Origin: Halarcobacter sp.
Lineage (GTDB): Bacteria > Campylobacterota > Campylobacteria > Campylobacterales > Arcobacteraceae
DNA: 64,000 nt
Assembly (NCBI GenBank): GCA_963676565.1
Contig: OY781089.1
Location: 192,001-256,000 of the forward strand
Direction of reading: 5' to 3'
In this document: piece by piece, positions 30,352-39,795 of the stretch
How the letters are laid out: each line of letters opens with the position of its first letter
How positions within the stretch are numbered: the first letter of the stretch is position 1
The notes under the pieces: model-generated
The model's database searches: none
What the model saw: only the letters and a program-made list of their open reading frames with translations
What the model was told of the DNA's origin: nothing
Program-made: the position numbers and the translations under genes

Positions 30352-31278
30352 CTAATCTTTAACTTTTACTGTAATCTCCAGCGTTTTGTTATTTAATAAC
30401 TGTGAGATTAGTTTTGCTATATCATCCACACTAGAACTTCCAATATCAATACTTTCTGATTTATTATCTTTTTGAAATTCAGTTGTTTGTATTTTTTTTG
30501 GAAGTGGTTGAGTTGACACCTCTTCATTACCTAAACCATCTAAAGCTGCCAAAATATCAGCTTCATTTAATGCATCAAATTCTGCAAATTCATTGGACAT
30601 GTCAACCCCTTGAGTATTCTCTTCTTTTTTTTCTTCTATAATATCAAAATCTTCTTCAAAACTCAAATCTTTAAGTGAAGATAACATATCTTCATTTTGA
30701 TTACCTTCTAAGCTTTCAATCTTTTTTTCATCTATTTGCTCAACAATTGAAGATAAATCATCAATCTCTTCAATCAATGGTTCTGATAAAGATTCTTTTT
30801 CATCCCTATGGGACAATAAACTACTTAATTCATCATCTAATTGAAAATAATTCTTTTCATCACCCTCATCTTTTTCATAAGCATCTTCAACAATCTCTAC
30901 AATTGAATCTTGAATATCATTTGATTCTTGTACAAACGCTTCAGCTTCAAGTTTTTTTATAATATGTCTTGATAATTCTTCCATTGAATCAACTGATATA
31001 TCACCAATTCCATGGTCTAATAAATACTCCTGATCAATACCATCTTTTGGCTTCAAAAAATTTATTTTTTGATTTAAAGTATTTTTTTTGATAATTTTGG
31101 AATCATCAATCAAATAGATGTTTTTTGGATTATCTTCAATGGCATTTTTTAGACTTTCTAAGGTTTTTAATTCTTTGATTTCACCGTTTTCGTCAAGCCT
31201 AAACTTTATGTTTGAATGATTTAGTAATTCTTTTATCTCTTTTTTGAAGCTTTCACTTCCATAAATATATATAATCAA
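30352..31278 (-). CDS. Highly acidic hypothetical protein heading the flagellar operon
   Basis: 308-aa ORF with a folded-looking N terminus, Asp/Glu-rich middle and short C-terminal beta segment (TLEITVKVKD). Confidence 0.65.
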   Translation of the reverse strand: MIIYIYGSESFKKEIKELLNHSNIKFRLDENGEIKELKTLESLKNAIEDNPKNIYLIDDSKIIKKNTLNQKINFLKPKDGIDQEYLLDHGIGDISVDSMEELSRHIIKKLEAEAFVQESNDIQDSIVEIVEDAYEKDEGDEKNYFQLDDELSSLLSHRDEKESLSEPLIEEIDDLSSIVEQIDEKKIESLEGNQNEDMLSSLKDLSFEEDFDIIEEKKEENTQGVDMSNEFAEFDALNEADILAALDGLGNEEVSTQPLPKKIQTTEFQKDNKSESIDIGSSSVDDIAKLISQLLNNKTLEITVKVKD

Positions 31279-31362
31279 AGATAACCCTAAAATTATTTTT
31301 TAAAAAAATTATACCTATATTTTATAAAATTTTAGATAAAATATTTCAACAATCTTAGAGGT

Positions 31363-32424
31363 GTGAATTTGAGGATACTAATAACTTTTTTTCTAATTAT
31401 AAATTTTTTATGTGCCATTACAATAAAAGATATTTCTAATATAGTTGGAATTAGAGATAACCAACTTATTGGATATGGTCTTGTTGTTGGATTAGCAGGT
31501 ACTGGAGACAAATCACAATTTACTATGCAATCTTTGCAAAATTTACTTAGAAACTCTTATATTAAAATACCAACATCATCAATAAAATCAAAAAATATTG
31601 CAGCTGTTATGGTAACAGCAGAATTACCTCCTTTTTCAAGACAAGGGGATAAAATAAAAGTAAAGATATCAGCAATTGGTGATGCTAAATCAATCGACCA
31701 TGGACAACTTTTACTAACTCAATTAAAAGCAGTAGATGGTCAAGTTTATGCATTAGCACAAGGTGCAATTGTTTCAGACTTAGAAAACCCAACAACAGGT
31801 TATATCTATGAGGGTGGAACTATTGAAAATGAGGTTGATTATTCTTTACAGAATGAAGATTCTATTACCTTAAGTTTATTTAAAAATGACGCTAAACAAG
31901 CCTTTACAGTAGAAGAAAAAATAAATAAAAAATTTGGTCAAAATATTGCTATGGCTATTGATACAAGAACAGTAAAGGTAAAAAAGCCTGCAAATATTTC
32001 AACAGTAAAATTTATATATGATGTTCAAAGTATTCAATTAGATTCTGATTTTAAAAAGAAAATTGTTATTGATATGAATAGAGAAACAATAATTGCAGGT
32101 GCGGATATACCAATTGACCCGGTTACAGTTGCTAGAGAAAATTTTACAATTAGAATAAAAAAATCTCCCTTAGATGAAAATCAATGGGATGATAATAAAG
32201 CAAACCCTGGTAAAGATATTGGAGATGATGTAAAACTCGATAATAAGCCAATTGCTGTAAATATTGATAATACCCTAATGAATTCAAAAGGAGCTCCAAC
32301 AATTTCTGATTTAGTTAGAGCTATGAAAGTAATGAAACTTCCAATGACCGATATAATTGAAACAATTAAAATCATTAAAGAGATGGGTGCATTAAATAAC
32401 GTTGAACTGGATATAAGAGGATAA
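31363..32424 (+). CDS. flgI: Flagellar P-ring protein
   Basis: IKDI..IVGIRDNQLIGYGLVVGLAGTGD; NIAAVMVTAELPPF; DGQVYALAQG. Confidence 0.96.
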   Translation: MNLRILITFFLIINFLCAITIKDISNIVGIRDNQLIGYGLVVGLAGTGDKSQFTMQSLQNLLRNSYIKIPTSSIKSKNIAAVMVTAELPPFSRQGDKIKVKISAIGDAKSIDHGQLLLTQLKAVDGQVYALAQGAIVSDLENPTTGYIYEGGTIENEVDYSLQNEDSITLSLFKNDAKQAFTVEEKINKKFGQNIAMAIDTRTVKVKKPANISTVKFIYDVQSIQLDSDFKKKIVIDMNRETIIAGADIPIDPVTVARENFTIRIKKSPLDENQWDDNKANPGKDIGDDVKLDNKPIAVNIDNTLMNSKGAPTISDLVRAMKVMKLPMTDIIETIKIIKEMGALNNVELDIRG

Positions 32425-32425
32425 T

Positions 32426-33526
32426 ATGGCTGAATTTTTAAGTCAAGATGAAATTGATGCACTTTTAGATATTGCTGAAGCTGGAGAAGATATAGATGCT
32501 TCTACAGAAGAACAGATAATATCAAAAGAAAAAAACTATTCTATTTATGATTTTAAAAAACCAAATAGAATCTCAAATGAACAGTTTAAAGCTTTTTCAA
32601 CTTTACATGATAAGATGTTAAGAGACTTAATTACTGACCTCTCAGCAATGCTTAGAAAGATAGTTGATATTAAACTTTATTCCATTGAACAAATGACTTA
32701 TGGTGAGTTTATCCTTTCAATTCCACAATTAACTTCACTAAATACACTTTCAATTAAACCACTTGATGGAAGAATTGTTATTGAGTGTAACCCTGGAATT
32801 TCACACAAGATTATTGCAGAATTATTAGGAAGTGGAGCAGTTGCTGCAAGTGATAATTTAGATAGAGAATTAACAGAAATTGAAGTAAATATCTTTGAAC
32901 ACTTCTATAAAATGTTCATAAAGCATATGTACAAAGCTTGGGATGAAGTAACAACATTAAACTTTAAAATTGAGTCAAGGGATACAAATGCTAATGCAAT
33001 TCAAATTATCTCTGACCATGAGATTGTTTTACTAGTTGTACTTGAAATTACAATAGATGAAGAATCAGGCTTTCTTTCTATTTGTTACCCTATTTCATAT
33101 ATTGAAACACTATTAAATAAAATCGTTGAAAAGATGTTTAATGAAGGTAAAAATAAAAAAGCTAGTAGAAAAAAAGATATAACAACATTAATTTCTGGTG
33201 CAAAAATGAAAGTTGAAGCAATAATGGCTGAAACAGAATTAACAGTTGAAGACTTATTAAAAATAAAACCTAATGATGTAATAGTATTTAATAAAAATGC
33301 TAGCTCTTCATCTTCAAAACTTTATGTAAATAAAACTGAAAAGTTTTTAGGTGTTTCTGGAATATCAAATAATAGAAAAGCAGTTCAAGTAAAATCTAAT
33401 TTAGACCATGAGAAACAAGAAACTTTAGAGATTTTAAGATTAATGAGAGAAGATAGAATTAAAAAATCACAAGAGTCTAAAGAAAATATCAAAAGACTCT
33501 TAAGTGAAAGAGGAACTAGAAGGTAA
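32426..33526 (+). CDS. fliM: Flagellar motor switch protein FliM
   Basis: CheY-binding peptide LSQDEIDALL; YDFKKPNR; RELTEIE. Confidence 0.96.
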   Translation: MAEFLSQDEIDALLDIAEAGEDIDASTEEQIISKEKNYSIYDFKKPNRISNEQFKAFSTLHDKMLRDLITDLSAMLRKIVDIKLYSIEQMTYGEFILSIPQLTSLNTLSIKPLDGRIVIECNPGISHKIIAELLGSGAVAASDNLDRELTEIEVNIFEHFYKMFIKHMYKAWDEVTTLNFKIESRDTNANAIQIISDHEIVLLVVLEITIDEESGFLSICYPISYIETLLNKIVEKMFNEGKNKKASRKKDITTLISGAKMKVEAIMAETELTVEDLLKIKPNDVIVFNKNASSSSSKLYVNKTEKFLGVSGISNNRKAVQVKSNLDHEKQETLEILRLMREDRIKKSQESKENIKRLLSERGTRR

Positions 33527-33528
33527 AT

Positions 33529-34545
33529 TTACCCTTCAATACTCCAAGCTAAAGTTTCACTAGCATACATTGGTACTACATTTTCACTATTATAAGTATA
33601 AATTTGTGGTACAACAAAATCTTTTTGTACTAGTTTAATAGTTTTTTCTACGGGTTTAAAATCATATATGTTTTGTGCATTTAAACTAACAAATGCATTT
33701 AAATTTTCTAATTTACCATTCTTATCAAATAGTTCAGTTAATACTTGTAAAGCTATAGGAGATGTAAATACTCCAGCAGCACAACCACAACACTCTTTTT
33801 TGTGTTTTGGATGGGGAGCACTATCACTTCCAAACATCAATTTTGGATGTGCTTCAAGTGCAGCATTTAATAATGCATCTCTATCTTCTGGTCTTTTTGC
33901 AATAGGTTTACAAAAAAGATGTGGCTGTAACATACCTCCAGCAACATCATCTAAAGTAATTAGTAAATGGTGTAAAGTAACTGTTGCGTATAAATTATCA
34001 TATTTATCTAATAACTCGATTGCATCTTTTGTTGTGATGTGTTCCATAATGATTTTTAGATTAGGGAATGAAGAAGCAATAGACTCATATATAGGCATAA
34101 ACTCTTTTTCCCTATCCATAACAAAACCATTTGTTTCACCGTGAATACATAAAGGAATTCCAAGTTTACTCATTGATTCCAATGTTGGTCTTAAATTTTC
34201 AATATCCATTGATGATACACCTGTCTCAGAATTGGTTGTAATCCCAGCTGGATAAAGTTTAATTGCTATAATTTCATCTTTAATATCTTCTAAAAAGTCA
34301 TAAGAATAATCATCTTTAAAAAATAAGGTTACATAAGGTTCAAAATCATCACCTTTACAAGCTTCAATGATTCTTTGTTTATATGATAAAAGTGCTTCTT
34401 TAGTAGTAACAGGAGGCACTAAATTAGGCATGATTAGAGCTCCTGAAAAAGTATTTGAAGTAAGTGGTCCCACAAGTTTTAGCATCTCACCATCTCTTAA
34501 GTGAAGATGCATATCAAGTGGAGAATTGATTTCAAAACTTCGCAT
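33529..34545 (-). CDS. pyrC: Dihydroorotase (homodimeric type)
   Basis: [39 protein letters not shown]. Confidence 0.96.
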   Translation of the reverse strand: MRSFEINSPLDMHLHLRDGEMLKLVGPLTSNTFSGALIMPNLVPPVTTKEALLSYKQRIIEACKGDDFEPYVTLFFKDDYSYDFLEDIKDEIIAIKLYPAGITTNSETGVSSMDIENLRPTLESMSKLGIPLCIHGETNGFVMDREKEFMPIYESIASSFPNLKIIMEHITTKDAIELLDKYDNLYATVTLHHLLITLDDVAGGMLQPHLFCKPIAKRPEDRDALLNAALEAHPKLMFGSDSAPHPKHKKECCGCAAGVFTSPIALQVLTELFDKNGKLENLNAFVSLNAQNIYDFKPVEKTIKLVQKDFVVPQIYTYNSENVVPMYASETLAWSIEG

Positions 34546-34546
34546 A

Positions 34547-34888
<342 letters not shown>

Positions 34889-34971
34889 TCATTTCCTTTT
34901 TTTGATTGTCTTATTTTAGCAAAACTTAGTTAAATCTAAATTATTACTCTCTTTTACATCTAAATTATTAA

Positions 34972-36159
34972 TTAAAATGCCCTTTTGAATTCAGGATAAG
35001 CTTCAACACCACACTCATCAACATCAAGTCCTTGCATCTCTTCATCATCTGCTGCTCTTAAAGCAACTATTTTGTTAAGAATAAACAATACAACAAAAGA
35101 GACACAAAAGGCGAAGATTCCAACTACAACAACACCTTTAAGTTGTCCCATAAATGTTATATCATCTCCATTACTTGCAAAGATTCCAACTGCTAAAGTT
35201 CCCCAAATACCATTTAATAAGTGAACCGATAAAGCACCCACTGGATCATCAAGTTTTAATTTATCAAAGAAAGATACTCCAACAACAACAATCACACCAC
35301 CAATTGCACCAATTAAAATTGGAGTATATATATCATATAAATCAGGCCCTGCAGTAATTGCAACTAATCCACCTAAAGCTCCATTTAATACCATTGTAAT
35401 ATCAAGTTTTTTATACTGAAAATACATAATTATTGAAACAATAATTGCACCAGCAAGTCCAGCTGTATTTGTATTCATAATAGTTAATGCAACTGCATCA
35501 GCACTCTCTTTTGAAGCGATTGAACCAACAGAACCTCCATTAAATCCAAACCAACCAATCCATAATAAAAAAGCACCTAAAGTCACAAGTGGGATATTTG
35601 ATGCAGGGATTACTCTAACTCCACCACTTTTTGGATATCTTCCTTTTCTAGCTCCAATTATAATAATTGCAGCTAATAAAGCCCATCCACCAGTACTGTG
35701 AATAACAGTAGAACCAGCTAAATCATACATTGACAAATCTAAGAATGTTCCATCAAGCATGTCAGCTCCCCACGACCAGTTTACTACTGTAGGATAAATA
35801 AAACCACCCATAATTACAGTAAAAATTGCTAAAGGAATAACTTTTGCTCTTTCACTTACACCACCTGACATAATATTGATTACTTTACCAACAAAAGCCA
35901 TTTGAAATAAAAATGCTGCCCATTTTGACATTGAATCACTTCCAAAATCACCAAATGCAATTGAATAACCTACAAGTAAAAATGCCATAGATGCTATTGC
36001 ATAAATCATTGTGTTTACCATTAACACAGCAGAAACATTCTTTGTTCTAACAAGTCCAGCCTCTAGCATAGCAAACCCAGGAACCATAAAAATGATTAAC
36101 GTCATCGCAAAAAGTGCAAAAAACGTGTCAATAACATAACTAACTGATTGTAAATCCAT
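34972..36159 (-). CDS. amtB: Ammonium transporter (second copy)
   Basis: GFAMLEAGLVRTKN, DLAGSTVIHSTGG, LWIGWFGFNGGS, DDPVGALSVH; both conserved His present. Confidence 0.95.
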   Translation of the reverse strand: MDLQSVSYVIDTFFALFAMTLIIFMVPGFAMLEAGLVRTKNVSAVLMVNTMIYAIASMAFLLVGYSIAFGDFGSDSMSKWAAFLFQMAFVGKVINIMSGGVSERAKVIPLAIFTVIMGGFIYPTVVNWSWGADMLDGTFLDLSMYDLAGSTVIHSTGGWALLAAIIIIGARKGRYPKSGGVRVIPASNIPLVTLGAFLLWIGWFGFNGGSVGSIASKESADAVALTIMNTNTAGLAGAIIVSIIMYFQYKKLDITMVLNGALGGLVAITAGPDLYDIYTPILIGAIGGVIVVVGVSFFDKLKLDDPVGALSVHLLNGIWGTLAVGIFASNGDDITFMGQLKGVVVVGIFAFCVSFVVLFILNKIVALRAADDEEMQGLDVDECGVEAYPEFKRAF

Positions 36160-36228
36160 ATTTAACCCTCATCAAATTTTTTGTAATGAGCATTATATAG
36201 TTTAATAAGATATTTTTGAGAATAAAAA

Positions 36229-36245
36229 TGTATAAAAAATATACA
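36229..36245. promoter_or_regulatory. 17-bp palindromic operator, copy 1 (TGTAT-N7-ATACA), upstream of amtB copy 2
   Basis: TGTATAAAAAATATACA is the exact reverse complement of the copies at 37941 and 38089; a minus-strand TATAAT lies at 36192-36197. Confidence 0.8.
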
Positions 36246-36256
36246 GTGAGATAAAT

Positions 36257-36293
36257 TTTATATCAGTGAAGAATAAATCTCCACCGATATAAA
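36257..36293 (-). terminator. Hairpin terminator after the amtB-PII operon
   Basis: Minus strand TTTATATCGGTGGAGA-tttat-TCTTCACTGATATAAA, a stem with G-U pairs. Confidence 0.6.
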
Positions 36294-36298
36294 GGGGC

Positions 36299-36640
<342 letters not shown>

Positions 36641-36657
36641 TTAAATCCTATTCTCTA

Positions 36658-37872
36658 TTAAGCTTTTTTGAACTCTGGATAACATTCAAGACCTGTTTCG
36701 TGAATATCAAGACCAGTGATTTCAGTTTCTTCATCAACTCTTAGTCCAACAACTAAGTCTAAAATTTTCCAAACAATGAATGAAACAATGAATACGAATG
36801 CACCAATTACAACAATACCTTTGATTTGAGCCATGATTGTTACATCAGGGTTAAAGATACCAACTGCTAGTGTTCCCCAGATACCTGCTACTAAGTGAAC
36901 AGATAAAGCACCCACTGGATCATCAATTTTTAACTTATCAAAGAATGGAACTGCAAATACAACAATCGCACCACCAACAATACCTTCAATAAATGCAACT
37001 AACATACCTAAGTCTGGACCAGCTGTACAAGAAACAAGTCCTGCTAATGCACCATTTAGAACCATTGTTAAATCAACTTTTTTGTATAGAAGTTGAGTTA
37101 AGATAGCAGCCATAACAGCACCTGCTGCAGCAGCCATATTTGTATCAGCAACAACTAATGCAATTCCATCAATATCAGCTTTTGAACCTAAAGCTAATTG
37201 AGAACCACCATTAAATCCAAACCATCCCATCCATAAGATGAATGTACCTAATGTAGCAAGAGTTAAGTTTGAACCAGGAATTGGTCTTACTTTACCATCT
37301 TTAGTATATTTACCTTTTCTAGCTCCAAGGATTAAAACACCTGCTAATGCAGCCCATCCACCAACAGAGTGAACAATTGTAGAACCAGCGAAGTCAGAGA
37401 AACCAGCAATTAAACCACCAAGCTCAGTTCCACCCCATGTCCAGTGACCTTGGATTGGATAAATTACACCTGATAAAACAACAACGAAAATTAAGAAAGG
37501 CCATAATTTCATTCTTTCTGCAACAGATCCTGAAATAACTGAAGCAGCTGTAGCAACGAACATAACTTGGAAGAAGAAATCTGCTGCAGCTGGATATCCA
37601 GAGTCAGGACCATTTTCCATAGAAATTGTCGAGAAACTTCCCATGAAAGAAGAACCGTCACCATACATTAAGTTATACCCAATAAAGTAATACATAATAC
37701 AAGAGATTGCAAATAACGCAATATTTTTTGTTAAAACCGTCGCATTATTCTTTGATCTTGTAAGACCAGATTCTAGCATTGCAAAACCTGCTGCCATCCA
37801 CATTACTAATACACCAGAAAATACAAATAGAAACCCATCTAATATGTATTTTAAGTCGTTAAAATTTTCCAT
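36658..37872 (-). CDS. amtB: Ammonium transporter
   Basis: GFAMLESGL, DFAGSTIVHSVGG, LWMGWFGFNGGS, DDPVGALSVH. Start placed at ATG 37872, which follows AAGGA. Confidence 0.95.
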   Translation of the reverse strand: MENFNDLKYILDGFLFVFSGVLVMWMAAGFAMLESGLTRSKNNATVLTKNIALFAISCIMYYFIGYNLMYGDGSSFMGSFSTISMENGPDSGYPAAADFFFQVMFVATAASVISGSVAERMKLWPFLIFVVVLSGVIYPIQGHWTWGGTELGGLIAGFSDFAGSTIVHSVGGWAALAGVLILGARKGKYTKDGKVRPIPGSNLTLATLGTFILWMGWFGFNGGSQLALGSKADIDGIALVVADTNMAAAAGAVMAAILTQLLYKKVDLTMVLNGALAGLVSCTAGPDLGMLVAFIEGIVGGAIVVFAVPFFDKLKIDDPVGALSVHLVAGIWGTLAVGIFNPDVTIMAQIKGIVVIGAFVFIVSFIVWKILDLVVGLRVDEETEITGLDIHETGLECYPEFKKA

Positions 37873-37940
37873 ATTTTTCCTTTTCAAAAAATGTATGTCG
37901 AAATTGTAACAGATAAAAACCTGAGTGAATACATATACGG

Positions 37941-37957
37941 TGTATATTTTTTATACA
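37941..37957. promoter_or_regulatory. 17-bp palindromic operator, copy 2, upstream of amtB
   Basis: TGTATATTTTTTATACA; a minus-strand extended -10 (TGtTACAAT) lies at 37903-37911. Confidence 0.8.
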
Positions 37958-38088
37958 ATAGTGAGTTGATAATTAGTTAGTCATTATATAAGAGCCTAGT
38001 CTTCATGGTATCTCTAGAGATTATTAGTTAAAAAATAAATTTTAAACGTTTTTTTATTAATTTTACATATTTGTATTTTTTAAATAAT

Positions 38089-38105
38089 TGTATATTTTTT
38101 ATACA
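38089..38105. promoter_or_regulatory. 17-bp palindromic operator, copy 3, upstream of the sensor-regulator-glnD genes
   Basis: TGTATATTTTTTATACA; a plus-strand extended -10 (TGtTATAAT) lies at 38124-38132. Confidence 0.8.
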
Positions 38106-38147
38106 TAGATTTTATATACAGTGTGTTATAATAAAAAAGGAGTATTA

Positions 38148-39008
38148 ATGAAAGAATATTTAGATGTATATTTTCAAAATAGAAATAAAATTGAAGACTT
38201 TATAGAAGAGACTTTTTTAAAAATTGGAGAGCTTAAAAACTTAAGAGATACAGGCTTTAGAGATGTATTTAAACTTTTCCCATCATTAGAATTAGTCTAT
38301 ATAATTGATAAAAAGTCAAAGATACAGATTTCTCCTAACTATTTTAGAACCTATGAAGATAAAAAAGCTTTAGGTATTTCTAGAGATTATCTTTTAGGAA
38401 AAATTCATTTTGATCAAAAAACAAATTCTGCTTTTACCTCAGCTTATGTAAGTAGTGCTACAAAGAACTCTTGCATAACCTTTTGTGTGCAAGAGGAAGA
38501 TTATATTATATTTTTTGATTTTAAAATAGAAACTATTTTGGAAAGATTAAGTTTAATAGAACTAAATAAACCTTTTCATACTATAACTAAGACTTTTTAT
38601 TCCATTGCTGGATATTCGATGTTTGCTTTGTCTTTATTTATAGTTTGTTATTCAATATATGATTTCACTCATTCATTTTTGATAAAAGGTATTTTTGATT
38701 TAGACACAATTTTTAAACCTATTATTGCATTAACTTTAGGTATTGCAATATTTGATTTAGCAAAAACAATTTTAGAGCAAGAAGTTTATTTTAAAAGTTA
38801 TTCAAAAAACTCTAAAGTTGAAACAAAAATGATTACTAAGTTTTTAATTTCAATTATTATTGCTTTATCAATTGAGGCTTTAATGGTTGTATTTAAAATT
38901 GCAATTAATGATTACGACAAAATGATTAATGCATTTTATTTAATTGCTGGTATTTCATTGATAATGATAGCATTATCGATATTTATATATTTAACAAAAA
39001 AGAAATAA
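38148..39008 (+). CDS. Membrane protein with soluble N-terminal PDC/Cache-like domain and four C-terminal TM helices
   Basis: FTSAYVSSATKNSCITF resembles the Cache S-x-P-Y segment; four hydrophobic helices at the C terminus. Start at ATG 38148 after AAGGAG. Confidence 0.6.
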   Translation: MKEYLDVYFQNRNKIEDFIEETFLKIGELKNLRDTGFRDVFKLFPSLELVYIIDKKSKIQISPNYFRTYEDKKALGISRDYLLGKIHFDQKTNSAFTSAYVSSATKNSCITFCVQEEDYIIFFDFKIETILERLSLIELNKPFHTITKTFYSIAGYSMFALSLFIVCYSIYDFTHSFLIKGIFDLDTIFKPIIALTLGIAIFDLAKTILEQEVYFKSYSKNSKVETKMITKFLISIIIALSIEALMVVFKIAINDYDKMINAFYLIAGISLIMIALSIFIYLTKKK

Positions 39009-39036
39009 ATTATAGTATAATATAAGAAGGTGAAAC

Positions 39037-39795
39037 ATGGAAAACTATATAGCTATATCTAAAAACTCAAAGGAGATTTTAAACTCTGCACATCTATTGC
39101 AAAGTGTAGAAGTTAATGCTTTAATCTCAGGTGAAGCAGGTGTTGGTAAAAAATCTCTTGCAAAGTATATATTACCAAAAGCCCCGCTATTTAAAGCAAA
39201 AAATCTGCAACAAGATATTGCTGATAATATTATCAATCTACAAAACTGTTCAATAATTATTGATAAAATTGAAAATATTACAAATATTGATTTACTAATT
39301 AATTGGGTAAATGAAAATGGTATTAGAGTTGTTGCAACAACAATGAAAGATGATTTAAATTCAAAGTTAGAAGAGCTTTTCTCAATCACAATTGAATTAC
39401 CACCTTTAAAAGATAGAGAAGAGGATGTAAAAGCTCTAACTACAAAATTTTCAAAAGAAGCAAGTAGTACATTAGATTTGGATATAATAGTACCTTCTAG
39501 ATTAATGATAAATATCTCAAATAATGCTCATAGTTTAAGAAAATCTATATATTTTTCATACCTTTTTGAAACTATTGGTGAAGATGAAATTTTAATGTTT
39601 ATGGAAAACTATATGTTCTCAAATATGGAAGGGGAAAACTCATATAAAGATTTTCTATATTTATTAGAAGTACCTATGTTAAAAGCAGCAACAAAAAAAT
39701 ACAAATCACAAGTACAAATGGCAAAACATTTAGGACTTAATAGAATTACACTTCGAAAAAAACTAGACGGTCACAAGGAATTTTTAGATGGTTAG
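39037..39795 (+). CDS. Truncated AAA+ (NtrC-like) regulator with Fis-type HTH, no receiver domain
   Basis: Walker A GEAGVGKK, LPPLKDREEDV (bEBP-type motif), HTH MAKHLGLNRITLRKKL; no GAFTGA motif. Confidence 0.8.
   Translation: MENYIAISKNSKEILNSAHLLQSVEVNALISGEAGVGKKSLAKYILPKAPLFKAKNLQQDIADNIINLQNCSIIIDKIENITNIDLLINWVNENGIRVVATTMKDDLNSKLEELFSITIELPPLKDREEDVKALTTKFSKEASSTLDLDIIVPSRLMINISNNAHSLRKSIYFSYLFETIGEDEILMFMENYMFSNMEGENSYKDFLYLLEVPMLKAATKKYKSQVQMAKHLGLNRITLRKKLDGHKEFLDG

Noticed and set aside
39037..39795. Canonical sigma54 activator (NtrC or FlgR), or a pseudogene of one
   Set aside because: It has no REC domain or GAFTGA. The ORF is intact with RBS, Walker A and HTH and is coupled to glnD, so a compact functional variant is more likely than decay.
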